In this document: piece after piece, positions 10,553-25,487 of the stretch | Layout of the letters: every line of letters starts with the position of its first letter | How positions within the stretch are numbered: the stretch's first letter is position 1 | From: Macrostomum lignano | Lineage: Eukaryota | Assembly: GCA_002269645.1 (NCBI GenBank) | Contig: NIVC01003761.1 | Coordinates: forward strand, 14,191 to 78,190 | Direction of reading: 5' to 3' | Length of the DNA: 64,000 nucleotides | Translations under genes and position numbers: made by a program | Notes under the pieces: model-generated | Databases searched by the model: none | Told to the model about the DNA's origin: nothing | What the model saw: the letters and a program-made list of their open reading frames with translations, nothing else

Positions 10553-11292
10553 TACACCAGCACCCACCCCATCAGTACACTAGCACCCACCCCATCAATA
10601 CACCAGCACCCACCCCATCAGTACACCAGCACCCACCATCAGTACACCAGCACCCACCCCATCAGTACACCAGCACCCACCATCAGTACACCAGCACCCA
10701 CCCCATCAGTACACCAGCACCCACCATCAGTACACCAGCACCCACCCCATCAGTACACCAGCACCCACCCCATCAGTACACCAGCACCCACCATCAGTAC
10801 ACCAGCACCCACCATCAGTACACCAGCACCACCATCAGTACAGCAGCACCCACCATCAGTACAGCAGCACCCACCATCAGTACACCAGCACCACCATCAG
10901 TACAGCAGCACCCACCATCAGTACAGCAGCACCCACCATCAGTACACCAGCACCCACCATCAGTACAGCAGCACCCACAATCAGTACAGCAGCACCCAAC
11001 CATCAGTACACCAGCACCACCATCAGTACACCAGCACCAACCATCAGTACAGCAGCACCCACAATCAGTACAGCAGCACCCAACCATCAGTACACCAGCA
11101 CCACCATCAGTACACCAGCACCAACCATCAGTACACCAGCACCCACCATCAGTACACCAGCACCAACCATCAGTACACCAGCACCCACCATCAGTACACC
11201 AGCACCCACCATCAGTACACCAGCACCCACCATCAGTACACCAGCACCCACCATCAGTACACCAGCACCCACCATCAGTACACCAGCACCCA
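10553..11292. repeat. About 21-bp minisatellite (CCATCAGTACACCAGCACCCA)n, about 35 units, overlapping the ESCO stop codon
   Basis: Directly visible. The reverse complement TGG GTG CTG GTG TAC TGA TGG equals the last codons and stop of the ESCO ORF. Confidence 0.97.
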
Positions 11293-12795
11293 CTCGTCCC
11301 CGCCGACATAGTCTCTAGCTAGCAGATAGCCGCTAGGACTGGGCGAGCAGAATGCCACGCGTTTTCTATCGGGCAGCAGGCCCGGACACAGAGCCTGGCG
11401 AGCCGCGTCCAGCAGGGCCGTCGCCACGCCAGTTCGTCGCTGATCTGAACGACACCAGATCTGGTAGATGCCGCATGAGGCTGGCACGAGAATCTCGGAT
11501 TGATAGTAAGCTAGTGGTGGACTTCTGGACTTTACAATTTGATCCAACTCTCCATTACAGTTTCCGACATTGATGTTTCCGTCGAAACTTCCGGTACCAG
11601 CATCTCCAATGCAACTTCCGGTACCAGCATCTCCAATGCAACTTCCGGTACCAGCATCTCCAATGCAACTTCCGGTGCCAGCATCTCCAATGCAACTTCC
11701 GGTACCAGCATCTCCAATGCAACTTCCGGTACCAGCATCTCCAATGCAACTTCCGGTACCAGCATCTCCAATGCAACTTCCGGTACCAGCATCTCCAATG
11801 CAACTTCCGGTACCAGCATCTCCAATGCAACTTCCGGTACCAGCATCTCCAATGCAACTTCCGGTGCCAGCATCTCCAATGCAACTTCCGGTACCAGCAT
11901 CTCCAATGCAACTTCCGGTACCAGCATCTCCAATGCAACTTCCGGTGCCAGCATCTCCAATGCAACTTCCGGTACCAGCATCTCCAATGCAACTTCCGGT
12001 ACCAGCATCTCCAATGCAACTTCCGGTACCAGCATCTCCAATGCAACTTCCGGTACCAGCATCTCCAATGCAACTTCCGGTACCAGCATCTCCAATGCAA
12101 CTTCCGGTACCAGCATCTCCAAAGCAACTTCCGGTACCAGCATCTCCAATGCAACTTCCGGTACCAGCATCTCCAATGCAATTTCCGGCGCCTAAATCCT
12201 TACGGAGTCCAGAATTACTTCCGGTGCTGATAGCATTTCTCGTTCCAGCGTTTTTATCGTTTCCGCCAGGCAGAGCAATCCGATAAGCTCGCCGAATCGG
12301 CTCAACCAAGCAGCAGCCGACGATACCGCAGCCCGGCCGGACAAACATCAGCGCCAGCCGGTCGGGAAGTCCGGCCTCTCGCCAGCAGGTCACGTCGTTG
12401 TCGTCCTCGAGGTCGCCGGCTCCGACGCCAGCCAGGTCGCGTCGCATCAGACGAACGGCGGCGAGCTCGGCGGCCGATGGACGACAATCATTGCCGATAC
12501 GAACAATTCTGTCGCCGTTGAAAAACGCTTTCACAATTGGTCGACGCTCGCGCCAAAGAGTTTTGTTATAATCGACGTAGGCGTCTAGTCGGTTGCTATG
12601 GAAACGAAGGTGTTTTTGCACGTCGGACGAGCGAGCGGCTGAGTAGATCATGCCGCACTGATTGCACGATTCGAGTCCCGGACTGCGGCTGCGACCTGTA
12701 GGACTCGAGCGGCAGGTTCGTTGCTCAAGCTGCATACGTCTTCGAGTCATCTTACCATGAGTAGATAAGGCCCGTTGAGATCGAGACGAGTGCAT
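11275..12795 (-). CDS. eco1: Eco1/ESCO cohesin acetyltransferase (C2H2 zinc finger plus GNAT domain); 506 aa unspliced or about 275 aa if 12203-11511 is an intron; 5' end uncertain
   Basis: CNQCGMIYS..DVQKHLRFH zinc finger; GCCLVEPI..AYR; PASCGIYQIW..RRTGVATALLD; VAFCSPSPSG..ARDY..VLVY* match the ESCO C-terminus. Confidence 0.92.
   Translation of the reverse strand: MHSSRSQRALSTHGKMTRRRMQLEQRTCRSSPTGRSRSPGLESCNQCGMIYSAARSSDVQKHLRFHSNRLDAYVDYNKTLWRERRPIVKAFFNGDRIVRIGNDCRPSAAELAAVRLMRRDLAGVGAGDLEDDNDVTCWREAGLPDRLALMFVRPGCGIVGCCLVEPIRRAYRIALPGGNDKNAGTRNAISTGSNSGLRKDLGAGNCIGDAGTGSCIGDAGTGSCFGDAGTGSCIGDAGTGSCIGDAGTGSCIGDAGTGSCIGDAGTGSCIGDAGTGSCIGDAGTGSCIGDAGTGSCIGDAGTGSCIGDAGTGSCIGDAGTGSCIGDAGTGSCIGDAGTGSCIGDAGTGSCIGDAGTGSCIGDAGTGSCIGDAGTGSCIGDAGTGSCIGDAGTGSCIGDAGTGSFDGNINVGNCNGELDQIVKSRSPPLAYYQSEILVPASCGIYQIWCRSDQRRTGVATALLDAARQALCPGLLPDRKRVAFCSPSPSGYLLARDYVGGDEWVLVY
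11585..12190. repeat. 27-bp minisatellite (CCGGTACCAGCATCTCCAATGCAACTT)n, about 22 units, inside the ESCO ORF
   Basis: Directly visible. Encodes GDAGTGSCI in the ESCO frame. Confidence 0.98.
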
Positions 12796-13042
12796 TACAA
12801 CTTTGCTGCAAACAGTAAAACAACTTTTGTGTTATTCCCAATTCTGCAGCAGCTCTCTGGCTAAAAGACAATCATGTAGAGAATTTAAAACTGCACGTAT
12901 GTTAGTGTATTCTAGTCGCAGAACTTCATTGATTTGCTGTCTAATTTTTATTTTAAATTTGGGATAGAGAATTTCAAATGAAAACTCAACGACTACTCAA
13001 GTAGAAGGACGACAAACTATGTTAATTCTTAGACAAAATTAA

Positions 13043-13644
13043 GGAAGCTGGTTTTCGCCGAAAAATACACTGCGGAGATATTTTACACTACGAAAGAACT
13101 TTTCATTTCTTCCCTATTAAAATTGTTATTGCTTTCGATTGAAGGCAGACCCAATTTGTTCATCTTTTGATATTTTCTGCTTTTCTTATAGCTCTGTTTG
13201 ATATTCATAAAGCCTTTCATTCAGAAAATTAGGATTCTATACGTTAATTTTTAATTCTACGTGAATTACGTCTCATGCCTAAAAAATAATTAAAATGGCA
13301 CAGCTCAGCTCTTGCTCTATAAACCTATTTTATCATTCTTAGCTGACTGTATAACAATATGTGTAACAGAGATGATAAAATAGATTCATAAAACCATAAA
13401 GAGAGTCAAGCTGTGCCATGTATTTTTATGAATTTTAGATACAGGAAGAAATTGACATCGAATTCTAACTTTCAGAACGAATAGCTTTATGAATATCAAT
13501 AAAAGCTATGAGAAAGGCAAAGCATATCAAAAGATGAAAATTGGTTCTGCCTCCTATCAAAAGCAATAACAATTTATTTTGCTGAAAAAATGAAAAGTTT
13601 TCATCTCCGTAAGCTAGTATATTTTTCGGCGAAAACCAGCCTCC
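13043..13644. mobile_element. Non-autonomous foldback DNA element, about 600 bp, with TTAA target duplication (Kolobok-like termini)
   Basis: TTAA|GGAAGCTGGTTTTCGCCGAAAAATA ... TATTTTTCGGCGAAAACCAGCCTCC|TTAA. Inverted similarity continues for most of the length. A related solo end (CGAAAATCAGCCTCCTTTAA) lies near 7527-7546. Confidence 0.8.
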
Positions 13645-14767
13645 TTAACATTTTCTAAGACTCTGAGGAAAAATATCTGATATATGATGTAACTAAATGA
13701 ACTGATCATTTATACAACAAAATAATTGTGAGAAAGCAAAGATTACAATAATTATATCACACGACAATGCAGAAAGCCAGACACAAAAATGTCTTAATCT
13801 TAGAATGGAAATAGCTAGCTTATAATAAGCATTTATTTCTATTCAAATTTTAAAAAATGAACTTTGCAACAAAACAGATTTTTAAACAAAGAAATACGAT
13901 AAAATACGACACAAACGATTCATAGATAAAACACAAAAATACAACTTTTTTCTATCTCAAATAATTCAACGAATACAAATTCCAAAAAATAAAAAAAATA
14001 TCTTAATAGTAGCCACTAAAATGGTTTTCTTAAATCTACAATTTGGATATATTTGATGGAGTGAATTGTCTGAAAAATTTAACTGCCAGAACTGTGGACT
14101 TTATTTTTTAAATATTTTATATTGGGAACCTAGTTTATTAAAAAATGAAGAGGTAATAAGGTAACCCAATAAGTTGGAAAACTATTTCTATAAGATTTAT
14201 TCACAGAGAGTATTTCTGTACAGACGTTTCTAGCTAAAAGTTTATGGTACTACTTTTTATAGAAACATAATAATAATAATAATAATGATAATAATGATAT
14301 TTTACTTAAATAATTTTTCAAATCAATATATAAAAATCAATAAAAATCTAAAAGAAAATAATAAAGCAGCTGACTAGACGATGCAGTGAAAATTAAAACA
14401 AACAGCTGGGCTGTAAAACTTTAAGTTGGTAATTGAAGAATCAGCAATGCAACAAAAAAATTGTACTACTCAGACTAGCTATAATTACAAGCTGATTCAC
14501 ATCATTAACACAGAGCTGGGGGCAAGACCTCAAAAATATGAAAAAGAAAACAGAAAAAAATCAGCAGGGCTTCTAGTAATCCAAAGTGAGTTAATAATGT
14601 TGTTAGTACTGAATTCAATACAATTGAATGTCTTTACGAATCGTAGCTTCAAGTTTGACAGTTTTGATTTTTTAAGGACATTTTTGTCGATTTCAACGAC
14701 ATTTTCTGGCTCTATACCCATGAAGAGAGATCTAAATGTGGTCTTCAATATAGCGGTGCTTTTAGTA

Positions 14768-15887
14768 GCGCCAGCACCAGAGGCGCCAGCACCAGAGGCG
14801 CCAGCACCAGAGGCGCCAGCACCAGAGGCGCCAGCACCAGAGGCGCCAGCACCAGAGGCGCCAGCACCAGAGGCGCCAGCACCAGAGGCGCCAGCACCAG
14901 AGGCGCCAGCACCAGAGGCGCCAGCACCAGAGGCGCCAGCACCAGAGGCGCCAGCACCAGAGGCGCCAGCACCAGAGGCGCCAGCACCAGAGGCGCCAGC
15001 ACCAGAGGCGCCAGCACCAGAGGCGCCAGCACCAGAGGCGCCAGCACCAGAGGCGCCAGCACCAGAGGCGCCAGCACCAGAGGCGCCAGCACCAGAGGCG
15101 CCAGCACCAGAGGCGCCAGCACCAGAGGCGCCAGCACCAGAGGCGCCAGCACCAGAGGCGCCAGCACCAGAGGCGCCAGCACCAGAGGCGCCAGCACCAG
15201 AGGCGCCAGCACCAGAGGCGCCAGCACCAGAGGCGCCAGCACCAGAGGCGCCAGCACCAGAGGCGCCAGCACCAGAGGCGCCAGCACCAGAGGCGCCAGC
15301 ACCAGAGGCGCCAGCACCAGAGGCGCCAGCACCAGAGGCGCCAGCACCAGAGGCGCCAGCACCAGAGGCGCCAGCACCAGAGGCGCCAGCACCAGAGGCG
15401 CCAGCACCAGAGGCGCCAGCACCAGAGGCGCCAGCACCAGAGGCGCCAGCACCAGAGGCGCCAGCACCAGAGGCGCCAGCACCAGAGGCGCCAGCACCAG
15501 AGGCGCCAGCACCAGAGGCGCCAGCACCAGAGGCGCCAGCACCAGAGGCGCCAGCACCAGAGGCGCCAGCACCAGGGGCGCCAGCACCAGAGGCGCCAGC
15601 ACCAGAGGCGCCAGCACCAGAGGCGCCAGCACCAGAGGCGCCAGCACCAGAGGCGCCAGCACCAGAGGCGCCAGCACCAGAGGCGCCAGCACCAGAGGCG
15701 CCAGCACCAGAGGCGCCAGCACCAGAGGCGCCAGCACCAGAGGCGCCAGCACCAGAGGCGCCAGCACCAGAGGCGCCAGCACCAGAGGCGCCAGCACCAG
15801 AGGCGCCAGCATCAGAGGCGCCAGCATCAGAGGCGCCAGCACCAGAGGCGCCAGCACCAGAGGCGCCAGCACCAGAGGCGCCAGCAC
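14768..15887. repeat. 15-bp minisatellite A (GCGCCAGCACCAGAG)n, about 74 nearly perfect units
   Basis: Directly visible. Confidence 0.98.
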
Positions 15888-16253
15888 TGTTTGTGTGACA
15901 ATGTCGCTAATTCCCCAGGAAATCCATTACCTCACTGATGATACGCTCGTACACATAACGATAGTGCTTATTAAGACCAAATACGCACACACTTAAGAAG
16001 CCATCATATTGTACCCGCAAAGATATAACAGGACAAAAATGATTCGCTAATCAAAAAGCACAACACAAACAATAAAATACTGTCAGTTGCAACGAAAAAG
16101 CGTTTATCTAGCTAATCTAATCATATAGATTGTGACTTGATTGACAGTTTATACTGTACTGGTGGAATTCAATTATCTGAATGAAGGTAAATGACAGTAG
16201 CTCTCATCAGGTCCTCAGGCAACATCGCGTTGTCAGGCTAAAAAACTGGCTAA

Positions 16254-21087
<4,834 letters not shown>

Positions 21088-23292
21088 GCTTTTTAAGTGT
21101 GTTTGTTGATTTATTAATTTACAGATAAAGAATTCTTTGGAAACTATTTGTACTGGAAGCAAAGACAAAGTCAAGATGATTTATAAAGCCGTTCAAGAAT
21201 TTTTATGCACGAGGTATAACTCAACAGAGACTAGCTAAAACTTTAAAATGAACGTTGTTAAAGTTATATAAAACTGTTGACTCAAAAAATGAGATAAATT
21301 TATTTAGGATAAAATTTAATCTCTTGTATATATGCATTCAATAGAAATTGAATAGGAATGACTGTAACAAAACATTGACATTATATTCTTATCGAAAGCA
21401 TACATGTAATATAAAATCAGAAATATGAATACTTTATTTTATTAATCTCTTTTTATGACTTATATTGGGGCTGTTTAAATATTTCAAAAGGTGAGAAAGA
21501 AAATGGATAGATGTAATACCATATTTGGCATATAGCCTACTAAAAAATAATAGTTGTATTAATTAAATGATTAACTAGATAACAAGCAAATAAATGTTAG
21601 GGAATAGATATATTTATGACGCGGGCAAAAGCTCCCTTGTATTAGCAGAGTGTATGTATGACGAAGCCTAATAAAGAGATTACTTAATAAAGTAAGTTTC
21701 CTATACTGTAGTAAAACATTATCAGATACTACAAAATTTTAATTAATCAAACCTAGATGATTGGACTTTAGGAAAAAAGAAGAATACTGTGTGTTATCAA
21801 TTTTGTGAATAAACTTTCTATTCCTAATCTTAATTAAATTAAGAAGAAGAATCATAGAATTATTTAGATTAAGGTTTCAAACCCAGATATAACATTTAAT
21901 ATATAACACGTAAACTTAGATGCATCATTAGGATGTTTACTTAGCATCAAAACCCTGCTAAGCTAAAAACGCGTTATTAAAATCCATGCAAGTACATAAA
22001 ACTAGCACATAATTAAATTGATGGTTGTTAGTAGGTCATTAGAATAAAAACTTGAAAAATAAACATATTGACAAGAACAATACAATCGTTCAATTGATTA
22101 GTTGGTTTGATCGAAAAGGGTTCTAGGATATGATTTTTTAATTCCCTAAAGTAAACAAGCTGCATAAATGTGCTAATATAACTTTGAAGTTGCAAAAGAC
22201 TTTAAAAAGAAGTGATAAATCTCAGAGCGATGCGGCCCAGCGGCGATAACTAAAAAAAGCCTAACGATCGCAAATAATTTTTAAAAAGCTCTTACTTGTC
22301 ACTTAATATCTTTAATTTTTCCTTTTTAGATATCAAAGCAAACTTTTTAAAAAATTTTATTAGTTAGCAAGTCATATCCGCTGAGAAATTTAATTAGTTT
22401 TGTTTACCATTTTGTTTTAACTGTAATTTTCCGAGTTGCTGTAAGATTTACTTTAGGAAAAACTGTGGTCTCGAGGATAAGATTGGAATTCTGAAATTAT
22501 TAATATAAATATAGTGCAACTAGGAATGGAAAATGATTTATTATTAATAATTAAACTTTGTTATATCGATCCGCTATGTTTTTGATAGCGTATTCTTTTG
22601 ATCGAAAAATGCCAGTCTTTCATTTAATTCTTCTCTTTATTCGAGTTTTTTCATTTACAAGACTCCCATATTTTTTAGATATAGAAAAATTCGCGGTCTC
22701 TTTAATATAACAACCATTCGCTAGAGACATACATGAAGCTCAATAATGTACATGTACTCAATGGCATATGAGAGCGAGGTTAGTAAAAGCATACATACGT
22801 CAGTTTGAGGCAGGTATCTGACTTTAACTGGTTTGAAACCCCCCGCACCGGTCTGGCCTCGCTTTGGTGGTTTGGTTAGGTGCGGGTGCTCTGCGTGCGT
22901 GCGGGGCTTAGAGCTGCCTCCCCTCTCCACTCCATGCTATTTAGTCTGGCGTCGCGGCCGCTGAGTCGGCGTAATTTTGGCAAAATATTTTGTTTCGTTT
23001 TTAAATTACAAAAATATATATGCACTCGTAATCGACTTCATCACTTAAGGGGTTAACGCTTCTGAACCGGGTTTGCCGGTCTTTTGCTCTGCGTTTGTCT
23101 TTTGGGGTTTAAATGCGCATGTATTAAGTGCACATGAATGTGCATATGTACTTTTCACTTTCTACTTACATACTTCTTGTCATGTCAGTAGTATAAAGTC
23201 AGTATGATAAAATTTGCGTTCTAACATGTACATATGCAAATTCATGTACACAATAATATAGCGCCTTCGGTGCCAAAATGAGTGCTAACAAC

Positions 23293-23436
23293 CAGTCGCG
23301 TAGCCAGGATTCACGTCAGGGGAGACAGAGACATAAATCCATCTCCGATAAAGGCGATGGAAGCAAAATACCAAGTAAGTAAAAAAATCCCCCCTCCAGG
23401 GGGTTATCCCAGTGTCCCCCCATGGCTACGCCCTTG
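23293..23436. mobile_element. hAT-type MITE, 144 bp
   Basis: Perfect 8-bp TSD CTAACAAC (23285-23292 and 23437-23444). Imperfect TIRs CAGTCGCGTAGCCA / TGGCTACGCCCTTG. Confidence 0.8.
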
Positions 23437-24377
23437 CTAACAACACCGATTTTAAAAATAATGTAGAAACTCTGGGCTTTCTCGTCCGCATACCATAATA
23501 ATCCATGGCAACGCCCCACATGGAATGATACTTCCAGAATACAGAATGTGGTATGGGAATTATTCCAGGCTGAATTTTAAGTTGGAGAAATTATAAAATC
23601 TCGGACGCCAAGTATAATTAGGCCCTCGACACGTACGTACATGTAGCTCTCGACTCGTTTTTTGCAATCTTTTCACCCTTTCTGTGCTAGCTATTCCCTT
23701 GTCTGTTAATTGTAGTCAAGCTACTAGAACAGGTAATTATACTGAATTCTATACCACGAGAGCATTAATTGTATTTCCTTAAATGGAACCTCTGCTGGGC
23801 CAAAGAATGAAAGGATAAACTGCATTTACTGGTAAACGGAATACTCAAGAAATAAATATTTATGACTGCAGCCTAGCTTCGGACATATCGTATTCCGTCG
23901 CAGTGGTTATGGGAATAGTAAATTTACTTATTAAGCTTGAATATTTCGCTGTATAGTCAGGGGCTGCAGCAGTGAGCAGCCCCAGTTGAGAATAGAATTG
24001 AGCACGTATTGTGTGCCTGGTCTCTGCTCGTGTTTAATAAAGAATTTTGCCTATTAACAATACAGTCAGCTTAGGCTCGGAGCTAAAGCCATTATTTAGC
24101 ATTGAGTCGAGAGGCTGACTTCTGCGTACCGAGCTCCTATAATAAGTAGACCCGTGTGTTTACTCAACAACGCGTTTCGTCTTCTTTACTAATATTTGCA
24201 CATTCAGCCGCTTCGGTTTTGAAAACAGTTTGGTCTATCGACAATTCCAATACTCAGAAACCGGTTGGAAGCCTGCCTGTAAACTGGGGGGGGGGGGCAG
24301 GCTTCTATAAAAACAGATTTCTCAAAAGTGAGATCCAAGTCTATTGTCTATTGCAGAAGAGACTCGATGGTCTCTAG

Positions 24378-24941
24378 CAGGGGCGTCGCCATGGATTTTA
24401 TGGTGATGGGGGGACAATGCCAAGAATTCAACATGTACATTACTAAATTCCTACATGTCCATTATTTTGAGAATCGGTGTGTCAGCGCTCATTTTGGCGC
24501 CGCAGGCACTCTTTTCAGCGCTACAGGCACTCATTTTAGCGCTACAGGCACTCCTTTCAGCGCTACAGGCACTCCTTTCAGCGCTACAGGCACTCCTTTC
24601 AGCGCTACAGGCACTCCTTTCAGCGCTACAGGCACTCCTTTCAGCGCTACAGGCACTCATTTTAGCGCTACAGGCACTCATTTCAGCGCTACAGGCACTC
24701 CTTTCAGCGCTACAGGCACTCCTTTCAGCGCTACAGGCACTCATTTTAGCGCTACAGGCACTCCTTTCAGCGCTACAGGCACTCATTTTGGCGACATGAA
24801 GAAAAATTATTGATTTCCAAAACGGGTCACAAGGTGGGAGTGGAAGGTCAAAGCATCTGCATGTATTACCCCACAGAGCTTTCACTGGGGGGGGGACATT
24901 GCCCCTCTTTTGGGGGAAATGGGGGAAATTTGACATCCCTG
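24378..24941. mobile_element. Older hAT-like MITE carrying an internal 21-bp array
   Basis: Ends CAGGGGCGTCGCCA ... GACATCCCTG. Flanks GTCTCTAG / GTCTTCAA (5 of 8 match, degraded TSD). Confidence 0.5.
24485..24795. repeat. 21-bp minisatellite (TTTCAGCGCTACAGGCACTCC)n, about 14 units
   Basis: Directly visible. Confidence 0.96.
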
Positions 24942-25487
24942 GTCTTCAAATAAAAGTTTAAGCATCTAGCAGTTGTTGTCAGCCACTAACGTAAGAATTA
25001 TTGTAAAGGTCAAGTGCTAGAGGTCGATTTTCGATGCAAAATGCATTGTCAGAAGCAAAAACCAAAAAAGCTTTAGGTTTTATAGCACTGTATTCACAAA
25101 ATCTCACTTTCCAGACTTAGTGTACTAATTGATTACTTACAGCCAGCACTGTTTTCTACGAAAATAATGCTCGGAGACTGTTCCGTAGCATATCGGTCTT
25201 CAGTCTCCGCATCTCAGTGCTCAGCCATTGGACGGATCCGAAGGCCAACCAGAATCAGTTTAGATACAGATTAATATATACTGCAGCGCGTTCTTACAGC
25301 CAGCAGAGTAGAAATGAACTCTTTTAACAACAACTTTCTAAATTTACTCGCTTAATAATTGCTGATAAAAGATATACCAGGTCACAGACAGCTGAACTTA
25401 CTTAACACAGTTACAATTTCCCAGTTTCAACAGTTTTCGGCCGACTTCGCAATTAAACAAATCTGTGAGAGCTTTAGCAAATTATCA

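Noticed and set aside
14426-15898. (APEAP)n ORF, and a silk-like (GAGAS)n frame on the - strand running into 14748-14530
   Set aside because: These come from the 15-bp array. The near-identical array at 36399 is intronic, and there is no convincing start, signal peptide or homology.
23704-24059. Possible solo LTR (TGTTAAT...ATTAACA with AATAAA at 24036)
   Set aside because: The flanks (TTGTC / ATACA) give no target-site duplication and there is no second copy.
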